Assembly: GCA_013265495.1 (NCBI GenBank)
Contig: MU058384.1
Coordinates: 6,010,792-6,074,791 of the forward strand
Source: Vicugna vicugna
Taxonomy: Eukaryota
Reading direction: 5' to 3'
DNA length: 64,000 nucleotides
The position numbers and the translations under genes are program-made. Below are positions 25,201 through 37,132 of the stretch, piece after piece; position 1 is the stretch's first letter, and each line of letters begins with the position of its first letter. The notes beneath the pieces are model-generated. The model searched no databases. It saw only the letters and a program-made list of their open reading frames with translations, and was not told where the DNA came from.

Positions 25201-28200
25201 CATTCTTATGGATTAATTGCTCCTCAATCTAATTATTTTCAAAGTCTCTGTGTGCTCTCTCTATAATGGCTCCAACTCTTCTGCCCAGGCTCCATCCTAC
25301 TTTGTTTTCTTCTATCCTGTAGTCTTTCCCTTGGGACCAACCTGTAGAGTCACAATTTTCAAAACACATTGTCGATTTACCACTTTAGTATAGTCTTTCA
25401 CATTTTCCATGTTCAAAGTGTCCTCTCTGATCATCTTTTTTTTTTCAAATGTATTCTGTTCCATAAAGAATTGTCTCACATCCAAACCTGAAATGGTCTC
25501 TCCCTCTAGATTTTATAGAAGTCCTTGTCCAGCCCTTGTCCTAGTCACTCATTGACTTGGATCATTTTAAGAGTGTGTCTACCTAGTAAACAACTCAATG
25601 GCGGAACCCATGGCTCCTACTTCTTGGTGTTCTGCCCACCACTTACCACAGCTCTATAACACAGAGGGGGTGCCTAGGATCGGTTCTCAATTCTCATTGT
25701 TAATCACTGAGGTGTACATAATCCTCCACCAAACGGATACTTACCATTCTTGTTAACTTATCTTGTTCATCCCCGAATGAGGCAAAGCACAACTTCAAGT
25801 AACATGGCCGTGCTGGGGAACATCTGGGAAAGAACAACAGAGACATCAGTCTGGCTTGCAGTGGTCAGGAAATGAAGTGGCTCATTCCTAGCAACGGCCC
25901 ATTTTGTATTTTGGAGGCAGAGATATAAACAATGGCAGGCTCTGTTAAAAGCAGCTGCAGTCACAAATCTCCCAACGAGCTTCATATGTGCAAACTCCAG
26001 GAAGGACTCCTGGTACCATATTGGGCTTCTCAGTCACACACGGGGCTGGAGCAATCACTGTCAGTCGTGTCATCTTTGAATACGAGCAGAACAACGCGTT
26101 CATATCCCACTTGCCATGTGAGTGGAGGTGGAAGAGAAATGGTTTAGGGTCACTGACACCAGCTGGTCATTTGTTAGACTGTTTATTAACCCTCTGCAAA
26201 ATCGGAACAAGAATTTCATCCTTGAACAGAAAAAAAAATTTTTTTAAGTTTAAGTAGAAAATAGCCCTCAAATTAAATCTGCACCAATTTTATAGATTAT
26301 ATCTAACTTCAGGTTTTATTTTTCCCAAGTGTCTGCTGATTCGTTGTCAGGTTGTTTGGGTTATCGCCTTCTCATCTGAACGTTTTATTGTCAAAGTGCA
26401 AGATGTGAGATCTAACATGATGTATTAGGCATATAAGTAATCAGGGAAAAATGTAGTTAAGCCCGTGTATTCTTTGGAAATACGCATAAATATTTACAAA
26501 TTGTAGCGTTAAATCCAACTTTTTCAGTAAATGAAATATATCCCAATTTTTTGTAAATGAGGAAGAAACTCAGGGAAAGCAGTGGACAGCAAAGCAAAAA
26601 TACAGGGAAAATTGATTCACAATCCCAACAAGGCAATTGCATATTATTTTCATAATTTCTCTCACTCTAACACCTTTATAGATTTATGAAATGTGTGAAA
26701 CGTATTGTTTTTTACACTTGTGAATAATTTTGGTAAGGATTTTGATGATTAGTTATTTATCTGGACAGAGACAATCTGAAGTCAATGCTTTCCTAGGTTT
26801 TAAAGACTCTATTCCTCTTATTTCTTGCTTGGGTTTGTGATGTATGGTTCGTCATACCAAGTTTCCAAATAGTTTGATTTTTGACCTATTTTCTTTCTCT
26901 TTCTAGAATTTGACTCAATGTACAGAAATGAAAGCAGAGCTTGTCTGTACGTTAGCAGCGTGGACAGTGACTGACCTGACAGACATGACCCTCTCTGGAC
27001 AAGCCCAGGGTCCGTTTTTCACTGTTTTGTGTGACTTCATTAAACTAAAAGTTCTATTTGGAAGTGACACTTTTAATTTAGATTCTTCTATAGTTTAAAC
27101 AATTATCTGTGGTTATTATATAAGCTTTAGTCAGTGTTTTACATTAACTGACCGATCATCTAAAACACTAGAGAAAATGACGCACAGGATGGGTGGGCTC
27201 AGATTGGAGAGCAAGGAAGAAAAATGTTATTTTTAGGAGTATGGACCATGATCTATATAAGTAATAAAAAATGATAATTCTGTGTTCTAGAAGCTAAAGG
27301 TTGAATATGATTGATAATGGTATTGTTTTCCATTTTATCAGTGGACACACAGTAATTATTTTGGGGGGTCCATTTTCACTCATAAGTCTCAGTTGGCTGG
27401 AGGGACACACATTTAATATTCAATGGCAGGTCCTTGCAGTAATAAGAAACCATCATGCCTGACTTGTCACGCAGAGCTGCCTGTAAAGGGTGGGGAAGCA
27501 TGCAGTGGATTCCATTAATGGATGATTGAGAATCCTTTTCAAAGGTAGCTATAAACTTGTTGGATGATGTTGATGGAACTGACTGGTTCCATGGCAGACA
27601 CTATGCGTAATTTTTTAAAAATGCAACATGAATTCTTTTTTGATCTGAAATAACTGGTCATTTTAGTCAAGATAGGCAAACCATATGCAAATTTAGATAG
27701 ACTCCTAGATCTAGGAGGGTGGGTTCTGAAAGGCGCACATAGAGAGTGGAGGAGGTGGAGTCCTGTGGATCTGGAGCAGCACAATGTGACTTCTGGCAAT
27801 TGGACCCATGGGCCTAGGCTTACTTTCAAGAGTGATTTGTTCATATTCCAGAGGAAAGTATCTTACAAAAATATTATGTTGGATGAAAAAGAAAAAAGAG
27901 TATCAATTCTCACTTATTTACCAATGACATGGCTAGCTCAAAGGGGTTTGTTACTTCATACTCCGTTGACCTAGATTATCCATATCCATCTTCAAAAATT
28001 ATTTCTATGGGTAGAAAATACTTTGAGAAGGCTTAGTGCTGATACTTTTGTATTCATAAACAAATCACCTGAGTCAATCTCTGCGACCATCTAAAGTATG
28101 AATCCCAGGCTCGAGGCCCTTACAATGCTCCAGGCACTTGACCCATAACTGAGGGTTAGAGACACATTTCCCAGGCCTTGCTCCACGCAAAATATTGACA

Positions 28201-29219
28201 TGCCAAGTATCCTTATTGCTAGATTCAGACTCTTCATAGCAATGTAGAAGCCTGTCTATCATTTTTCATCCCAGTCTATTTTTCAGCTTCATGTCTAAAC
28301 ATACAGTTCTACACCTGCTACTCCTCATACTGAATTAATCTCTTCTGATTAATGTGTCCTGTCCGCCACAACTCTTCACTCAAATTTCTGTCCACCCTAT
28401 AAGACTTATCTCAAATGTCACCTCATTCCAGAAGAGTTCCCTACCCCTTCTAATTAAATTCACCTTACTCTCTTCAATATCTTTGTGTTCCATACACTCA
28501 ATTGAAGTGTACAGACATTCAAGGGAAGGAAGGAGAAGAAAATAAAGTTTTTATCATATAGTCAAGATTTTTAATAGTACTTTAAAATGACTTTTATCGC
28601 TTCTTTTACTACGTTAATAATACATAATCATCGAAAATGAAAAGAACAGTAGTTCTACTAACAATGTGGCATATATTCTTCCATTACTTTCATCTATGTG
28701 AATGAGTATGTATGTGCAAGCTATGTAACATTTTTTTCCTCAAATGAGATCACAAGATAAAACTTTTTAAACTGTTTATTTTTTCACTGGTTGATAATAT
28801 AGTACACGTAGTTCCACATTTTTAATCAAAAGTTTTCAATGGCCGCACACTATTTCATTGTATGGAGATATCAAAGTTTATTTAACTAATATTTTATTGT
28901 GGGACATTTCAGTTTTTTTCTGCTTTTTTTGCTATTATAAATATTCTTAGAGCAAAAGTATTTTTACATATACCTTCAAAAATATTTATTAGGTGCTTAT
29001 TTTATCTTGGGCATACCGTGATGTATTTTCTCTGGATAAATTAATAAAATTCTAAAAATCTGGGTCACATTGTATAAGTACATTGAAGCACTGATTCCCC
29101 AATATCTTCTTTATATTAAGGTATATAATTATTTTTACATCTCTGCCATCAGGTTGGAGAATACAATTTTGGATTTATATGATTTTCAGTGGGATTTTAC
29201 ATTTAAAGCTGTGTTTTGG

Positions 29220-29513
29220 AGAAACAGACTCACACACATAGAAAGCAAACTTATGGTGACCAGAAGGGGAGGGAGTAGGAAGTGATAAATTGGGGTTGGA
29301 AATTTGCAGATACTAACTACTATATATAAAATAAATAAACAACAAGTTTCTTCTGTACATACAGGGAACTATATTCAATATCTTATAGTAACCTATAATG
29401 AAAAAGAATATGAAAACAAATATATGTAAGTACATGTATGACTGAAACATTATGCTGTACACCAGAAACTGACACAACATCGTAAACTGACTATACTTCA
29501 ATTTTTTAAAAAA
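29220..29513 (+). mobile_element. Short 5'-truncated young L1 3'UTR
   Basis: 'gaaacagactcacacacatagaaagcaaacttatgg...tgctgtacaccagaaactgacacaacatcgtaaactgactatacttcaat' + A tail. TSD gtgttttgg at 29211-29219 and 29514-29522. Confidence 0.92.
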
Positions 29514-29597
29514 GTGTTTTGGCCGTTTTATTTTTTTTTTATTTATGAATTAATAGCTATTATCTATGGGATATTTAAAATATCAGTTGTTCAGAGC

Positions 29598-29636
29598 AGC
29601 CAGTTAGCTCAGTTGGTTAGAGTGTGGTGCTAATAA
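29598..29636 (+). pseudogene. 5'-half tRNA-Ile(AAT) tailless retropseudogene
   Basis: agccagttagctcagttggttagagtgtggtgctaataa versus tRNA-Ile-AAT GGCCGGTTAGCTCAGTTGGTTAGAGCGTGGTGCTAATAA (from memory): 3 mismatches, all CpG-type transitions. Stops in the anticodon loop. Flanked by 13/15 direct repeats. Confidence 0.88.
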
Positions 29637-29904
29637 AATATCTGGTGTTGGTCTCTTTCTTATTAATTTGAAAAGCTTCTTTATATATTAAATAGATTTT
29701 CTTTCTTTTTTAAAATTTTAATTACATTTAAATTTTTTTGTTGGTGTTGTTTTGTAAACAGACTTTAAAAAAACTTCAATGATGTCATATTTTTCAGTCT
29801 TTTCTTTATGTTTTTTTGCCATTAGTGTTTAGAAGATTCTTCTATACTCTCAAAGCTCTACAAATCATAAATCAGTACTCTTGAAAAAATTGTATCTGTA
29901 TGGT

Positions 29905-30215
29905 TGTGGTGAATTTGTATTGTGTCAACTTAGCTAACTTGCAAGTAAATTAAACAGAATTCTGTTCTCTGCACAGTTTGAAGTTGGCTTGGGCCAGAAG
30001 AGACATTTTGTATAAGATTTGGAAAGTAAAGCAGGGATATATACCTTTCATGCTCAGAAAGTCATCAGCTGCAGGCACGTGGTCACGTATCTGCTAGCTC
30101 ATCTGGTTGGTCCCATCACATCCTCTGTCTTTTCCAACTCCTGGGCCAAGTGCATGTTTAGATACATCAGGAGGAGCCTGAGCTTCTGCTGCAAGACACC
30201 TGTACCATTGAGACT
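29905..30215 (+). mobile_element. ERVL LTR fragment (MLT2E/F-like)
   Basis: Start 'tgtggtgaatttgtattgtgtcaacttagcta' and 'tgggccagaagagacattttgtataagatttgga'. Confidence 0.65.
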
Positions 30216-31014
30216 TGGAGTTGAGTTAAATTCGAAAAACAATTACAGGAGAATAAGTGTCTTAAAAATAATGTCTGTGATCAGAAACATGGGATATTAT
30301 TTTATTTATTCAAGTCTTATTTGACATATTACTGTTTTCTTAATACAGCTCCTTCATATTTTAAAAAATAATAGAAGTAATTTATATTTCTTCTTGTTTA
30401 TTTAGTGGGATCTCTCTTCATATGTACAAGTTAGTTCTAATAGCTTTTCAAACAATTATTTTGGGTTTTCTGATAAACATGTAAAATAATGATATTCTGT
30501 ATTTTATTTTAGAATATTTGCAAATGCTTTTATTTTCCATGTTTTGTAATAGTTTAAAATATACAAATAATGCTAATCCATTTAAGTTTTTGTCAATGAA
30601 TTTTTACTTAATTGGTTAGTATGGATAAACAAGAAGCATTGGGCCTGCTTTCTGGAAAAGTTTATATCACTGGTGCCAACTAGTATATTTCCAGGAAGCT
30701 AGAACAATTAGTAGCTGTAATTAAAGACAAGCATAATTAGTTAGGTTACCTTTGGATTTTCTAATCATTTGCATTTAAATTACATGATGAAATCCATGTC
30801 ATGAAACAGACATCAGGAAACAGTGATGGCAGAGGAATACGTATAAGTGAAATCTCTAGCTGACTTTCTACCAGCTGAGTGAAGATCCTGGTGCCCTGGT
30901 CCACAAGGCTTTTGGGAACCAAATTTTCATGCAGAAGAGGGTGAGGTCGGTCTAGTCCCCCTGAGGGTGAGAGAGAGGAAATTGATTTAGTGCTTCTGGA
31001 TCCAGCCCTCCCTC

Positions 31015-31040
31015 TGTGTGTGTGTGTGTGTGTGTGTGTG
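31015..31040. repeat. (TG)13 microsatellite
   Basis: Perfect TG dinucleotide run. Confidence 0.95.
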
Positions 31041-32215
31041 GTGTATGCAGTGTGAGTGCTGACAGTGGACGGGGGCTAGTCTCAAGTTAATTGCAAAATA
31101 ATAGATCATATTACATGTCTCTCCTTCCCCTTCCTTTCGCTCTCTCCATGTTACATTGCAGTCAGTGTAGGAGCAGCTTGGGTGGTAATGAGGCTGCCTC
31201 TGCCCATGGTATGAACTGCTGCAGAGGGACCTAGCTATCATATATCCCTTGTTTAGATCTCGCCAATGTGGGATTTGATGCTAAGCCTTCTAATGGACAA
31301 GTAATAAACTCTCCTGGGAAGAGACCTTTTTCTTGCCACTACTACAGCTTTGAGGAGTGGTTTCAGTCTGCCTTCCAAAAATGACTCTTAACTCAGACAA
31401 CCTCCACATCCAAAGCCAAAGCTCACTGGGCTAGGTCTTTTTCATAAAAAGAATGAAAATGTTTCACTGAAGCACTTTTTCCCCACCCAGAGACATTGGC
31501 TTGTGCCAAGCCATAGTCTCAGTCTTTTCACTCCCAGCCTCAGATGATCTGCAGAGGAGCAGAATCTGATTTCTTTTCATTTACTGGCCAAAATGACTTA
31601 GTGATAAATGTGTTAGAGAACACTTGCTAGGTGATTACATTCCCTTAAGTACTTTGCCTGTACTTGTTGCTTTGGGAAAAATATGGGTAGAATTTTGTTT
31701 AAATAATATATTTAAAAATAGACTGGAAAATTACTCAAGAAAATTCTTCTGTGGCTTTATTTCTCATAAATTGTGAATGGCTTTGGCCCTAAGTACAATT
31801 ATGACCTGGGCAAAGATTTTTCTGGAGCTACCCAAGAGTTTGGTTGAAGGAGTCAGTTCATATTACTCATTGCATATAATTCAGTCCTAACAACACCCAG
31901 GTTAGATTTGTATTTCTTCTCCCATTTTCTTCTCACTTTCAGGAATTTTATAGGATCTCTTTGCTTCTTATCATAAAAGAAAAGAATGGGAAAAGTGACA
32001 AAGAGGATTCTGCTAGTCCATAGACATGGCTGATTGATAAATGTTGAAGTTCAAACATTAGGGAGAGTTCAGTGTGAGACATGTTAGGAACTGGACTTTT
32101 TCAGTGGCCCTAACAGTTGGGATGCTGCCCAGATGTGGGGACTGCTTTAAGTATACAAATAAGAAATAAGAGATTAGCATTTTATCCATAACCATAGCAC
32201 AAAATTCTCATTAAG

Positions 32216-33265
32216 TTTTTTTAATTGAAGTACAGTTGATTTACAATGTTATGTTAGTTTCAGGTATATAGCAAAGTGATTAATTTATACATATACATAT
32301 ACATATATAATATAAATTTTCAGATTATTTTCCATTATAGGTTATCACAAGATATTGAATATAGCTCCCTGTGCTATACAGTAGGTCCTTGTTGTTTATC
32401 AATTTTATATATAGTAGTGTGTATATGTTAAACCCAAACTCCTAATCTATCCCTCCCCCAAACCCCTTCTCCTCTGGTAACCGGTTTGTTTTCTATGTCT
32501 GTGAGTCTATTTCTGGTTTGTAAATAAGTTCATTTGTATTATTATTTTTCTGGATTCCACATATAAGTGATACCATATGATATTTATCTTTCACTGTTGG
32601 ATTTACTTCACTTAGTATGGTAATCTCTATGTCCATCCATGTTGCTGCAAATGACATTATTTCATTCTCTTTTATGGCTGAGTTGTATTCCATTAAATAT
32701 ATACCACATCTTTATCCATTCATTTGTCAGTGAACATTTAGATTGCTTTCACATCTTGGTTATTGTAAATAGTGCTGCCATGTCCATTGGGATGCATGTA
32801 TATTTTTGAGTTAGTTATATCTGGATATATGCCCAGAAGTGGGATTGCTGGATCATATGGTAACTCTATTTTTAATTTTTTAAGGAACCACAACACTGTT
32901 TTCCATAGTGTTTGCACCAATTTACATTCCCACCAACAGTGTAGAAGGATTCCTTTTCTCCACACCCTCTCCAGCATTTATTTGTAGACTTTTTAATGAT
33001 GGCCATTCTCACTGGTGTGAGGTGACATCTCATTGTAGTTTTGATTTTGCATTTCTCTAATAATTAGGGATGTTAAGCATCTTTTCATGTGCCTGTTGGC
33101 CATCTGTAAGTCTTCTTTGGAAAACTGTCACTTAAGTCTTTTACCCATCTTTTGATTAGGTTTTTTTTTATATTAAGCTGTATAAACTGTATATTTTGGA
33201 AATTAATCCCTTGTCAGTCTCATTATTTGCAGGTAATTTCTCCTATTCCATAGGTTGTCTTTCAT
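32216..33265 (-). mobile_element. 5'-truncated L1 (ORF2 C-terminus + 3'UTR)
   Basis: ORFs 32738-32977 ([38 protein letters not shown]) and 32493-32693 (SFAATWMDIEITILSEV) are L1 ORF2 C-terminal/3' text. TSD-like tcattaagtttt (32208-32219) / tcatttagtttt (33262-33273). Confidence 0.96.
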
Positions 33266-34699
33266 TTAGTTTTGACTTTTGATATATCACAGAGGTCAGT
33301 TTGTTGTTACTGCTGTTTTGATTGTAATAGGCATACTTGATTAACCTCTCCTACTCTCAGTCAAGCTGAGCACGAGAACCATATCTCATATGACAACCAC
33401 CAAATACCGTGGGTGGACACAAAGCTAATGTGCACACTCACCCTCACACCTGCTCAAACTCAAATACCTTCAAGAAGCATCTGTCAAGAAATATTTCAAG
33501 AGTAACCTGAATAGTAACCTTTAAGCAAGAAGTCAGGGGGCTCCAACCTAAAAGCATGAAACATCGAATTTTTAAAAATTTAGTTTAAAAAGTTTGACAT
33601 ATGCCCTTAAACTGCATTTCCAGTGCTTTCATAACAGAGAAGAAGAGTCCTTCAGAGAAGATAAAAATTGATACTTCATTTTCTTGCAGTGCAAGGATAA
33701 TCAAACCTATTAATTAGAATGAAAAACCCTAGTATCTTGCAAATGCTCGTGGGAAAGCATCAGGAATATCTCTCATTTCTTCATATTCTTCCTTCTTATC
33801 TTACTTATCATTTGGATATTTCATAAAGCCTAATGTATAACGTCTAAACATTTTAATGTCTGTTGATTGTCATAATATACATATTCAGATAAATTAAATA
33901 AAATAGTCCAATAAAAGTACCATAGACTGAATGTTTGGGGTAAAATTGAATTTTCAGCACAGCTAGTTTTCACAGTGAGAAAATATTTTTCCCTTAAGAA
34001 TCATCACATGAATAAATTAGCTATTTTTAACTTTAAATTGATGAATACTTTCACTAAAAATGGAATAATTCTTCATCTTCATGTAAAGCCATTTTTATTC
34101 AAGTTAGAATGCCTGCAGTCATGCTTCATGTGGATGAAGCAGAATCAAACTTTTCAGTAACATTTGGAGAAAGGTGTCAATAACAACACGTGGTTATCAA
34201 ACGGAAACACTCTAGAATATTTTCAATTCAGTTATAGTCAATCATAAGAAATGCAAATTTCCTTGGAAAGGAAGAATGCAAGCAGTAACAATTATCTAAC
34301 ATCCTCATGAAGAACAGAAACAAAAACAAGTTTTCTGGAGAAGGAGGAAAAGGGAGGAAACTGAGCGGTAAGATAGTGCAAAGTAGAAGGATAAAGGTGG
34401 CTGGGTGCAGAACGGAGTCACATTCTACTTTTGATGGGAGACAGTAAAGAAGGGTTTAAGCAGTGGAAGTGAGGTGGTGAATGAGGAGGAGAAGGGAAGC
34501 TGCCGAGAAGTACATCCACTAAAAAAAACCAGTTCAGTCAAATGAGTGACATCTGCAAAATAATTTAAAAGCTAAAGTCACTTCCAAGTGGGTGGAAACA
34601 TAATTCAGGCAGCTGAGGACCAGGAGGCTGGATACCTTAGGACACAGAGCCTAAAAAGAAAAAGAACACTGTTGTATTTGCTCCCATTCTTTTGCTTAT

Positions 34700-34770
34700 T
34701 TAGGTCTTGATGTGTCTGTGAGAGGAGGTGAGCGCCAGCTCCTTCTGCTCTGCCATCTTGGCCACCCCTC
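34700..34770 (-). mobile_element. Isolated L1 5' terminus containing the YY1 site
   Basis: Minus strand 'ggtggcCAAGATGGCagagcagaaggagctggcgctcacctcctctcacagacacatcaa' resembles laurasiatherian L1 5'UTR starts. Confidence 0.7.
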
Positions 34771-35924
34771 TGCCCGATCTCAAATCTCTGAGCACAGTTC
34801 TATAGCGAGGTAATCTCATATGCTGTATCATCACGAGTCATCACAAATAAACAAACCCAGCACGTTCTTTTCCTCGGAGAAGGGTATCTCTTGTTACTAA
34901 TCCCGCTACTTGGGATGGTATATACTACAAGATAATTTGGTGGCTTCTCTTTTGTGTGTTTAGAAATGAGGGTTAGAAAAACTAGAAATCTAAAAATGAG
35001 TTAAAGTCGTGTATTATTTATTAACCAAAAGAAATTAGATTCTTATTACACTTGATATTTTAGAATTTAAGAAGGTAATCTAGTATATTAAAGATCTGTG
35101 TTAACAAGCATCAGTGTACATTCAGCCTATTTATGGTCTTACTAAGTGTTGTTCATCCTAACATTTAGTAGAAAGAGGGTTTGTTACCACATCCTAAGGA
35201 TGCTTAGCAAAGCCTATTAGGTAACCACAATAAATTTAACTTTTTTTATTACTTGAGAGAAATAAAATAGTATCAAGCAAAAAACCTGTTAAGAGAAACA
35301 AAATCATAGTTTTATGTTAACTGTAGAAAGAACATAGTCTCCTAATAAAAATAATTCAAAGATTCTGTGAGTCAGACACATGTGTTTAGATATGGAAAGG
35401 TGCTCAGTTTTATTTCATTGCTTCTCAGGTTCACATGACTAACAAAAATTGATACAGATGGACCAAAATTAGTCAAAAGTTGGCAAGAGTTATAACATTT
35501 GAGGTTACAGAAATGTATAAGTGGATTAGGAGAGCATATAACAGAGAGAGGAAGGTATAGAGATAAAATGATTACTGTATTACTGATTTTAACACATATT
35601 TAGAGAGAAAATGAAAATATTTCATTGAATTATGAAGGTAAAGAAACAAATAGCACTAATTGGAAGCATTTAAATTAGTAAAAGTTATGTCTTCATTTAA
35701 CTGAAATTTCAAAGTATAAACGTAGGTGAATCGTTGCTTTACAAAAGGATTTTTCTCTTAATGAAAAGTTTGATTATAGAACTTAAAATAACCAGATTTC
35801 TTCTGAAGTATTTAGAAAGGCATTCAGTTTTTAGAAGTTAACTTACTAATTATCAACAAAATATAGCTGAAATTAGCAGGGAAAAAATTTGAAGTCAAAA
35901 CACTAAGGAAACAGATCACGTGTT

Positions 35925-36145
35925 GAAGGCTGAGTAGTCAGGTACTGTCATATATGTTATTTTATTTAATCCTCTTACTAGACCTGTAACCTAGGCATTA
36001 TTGGCACATTTTACAGATGAGAAGTTGCAAATCAGTGAGCTTAACTAACTTAACCTAAGGCCATCAAAGCTAGTAAGTGGCAGATTGTGATTCAAACACA
36101 AGTCTTGCTGACTCTGTTAGATTTTATTCATTAGACTATACTCTG
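35925..36145 (-). mobile_element. MIR SINE
   Basis: 'ttatttaatcct...cacattttacagatgagaagttg...ctagtaagtggcagattgtgattcaaacacaagtc'. Confidence 0.85.
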
Positions 36146-36684
36146 TTGTCTACAACTACAATGGACAGGTTCACTGAAGAGCCAATAAAAGCTCCTATAA
36201 TTAAAATATGCCTATTATTCTCTCTTCAATGTGTATTCCTTACAAGTTCCAAAATTTAGAGGAGATTCAAGAACAGGTATGTGACATAAAAATTAACTGG
36301 CTTAAGTAAAAACAAGTGAGAAAAGATGCAGACTGACTTCTTAATATAAATAATGTATCCAAGTTGAAAAGAACTTAAAACATAGAGCTATAATTTTGGT
36401 GGTTAGTAACCTAAAGAAAAAAAATCCGTTTAATTAAAACACATGACATATGGCCATATGACTAATTCAATTACTTTAGTTGCCTTTATATATGATTCTT
36501 ATTGGCTAAGTGATAAATTACAATGGCTGTTCAAATGAATAGATTTGCCATGCTGAAATCCAGATTTCATTAATCCAAACCAGTCAGAGACAAAAATATT
36601 CATGATATAAAAAGTAATTGAAATAGATGGACTAGATAAATTTCCCTCTCTCAAGTAGAAGTTATTTATCTGAATAATAACAAT

Positions 36685-36985
36685 TGATTCATTCGTGTAA
36701 TGATTGAGAGCCTGCTCTACATCGTGCACTCTTCTAGATGCTGCTCATATCACAAAACAAGACAAAGTCCCTATCCTAGTGGAACTTTAATTCTCTACTG
36801 GGAAGACAGAAGACAGACAATGAAAAGTAAATAGAGAAATATGATATTTAATGTCAGGAAATTCTGTAAAGTGCTATGAAGACAAAGTGGAGAAAGGGGG
36901 TGGTGACTGATGAGAGAATATTTTAGAAAGCATGGCCAAAGACATTCTCTTTAAAGTAAAAACTGAGGAGAGATTTAACAAAGAA
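36685..36985 (-). mobile_element. L2 3' end
   Basis: 'attcattcgtgtaatgattgagagcctgct...gacaaagtccctatcctagtggaactt'. Confidence 0.8.
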
Positions 36986-37132
36986 CAAACTGCATTAGAA
37001 TATTCCTTGTGAAACCAAGATTTGTATTATTTTGTGTGTCTAAGACTCTGTGATTCGGTAATACATGAGTGTCAGATTAAAACTATAGCAGATACCTGTA
37101 ATTTGATTGATATTATTATCTTTTGACAAGCA

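Larger units (their letters stand above)
28560..30560 (-). mobile_element. Ancient L1ME-like fragments interrupted by younger insertions
   Basis: 'cactatttcattgtatggagatatc...tttatttaac...gggacatttcagt...gctattataaat' and 'aattattttgggttttctgataaac'. Confidence 0.6.

Noticed and set aside
32493..32987. ORFs with protein-like motifs ([16 protein letters not shown])
   Set aside because: Frameshifted L1 ORF2 C-terminus, not a host gene.
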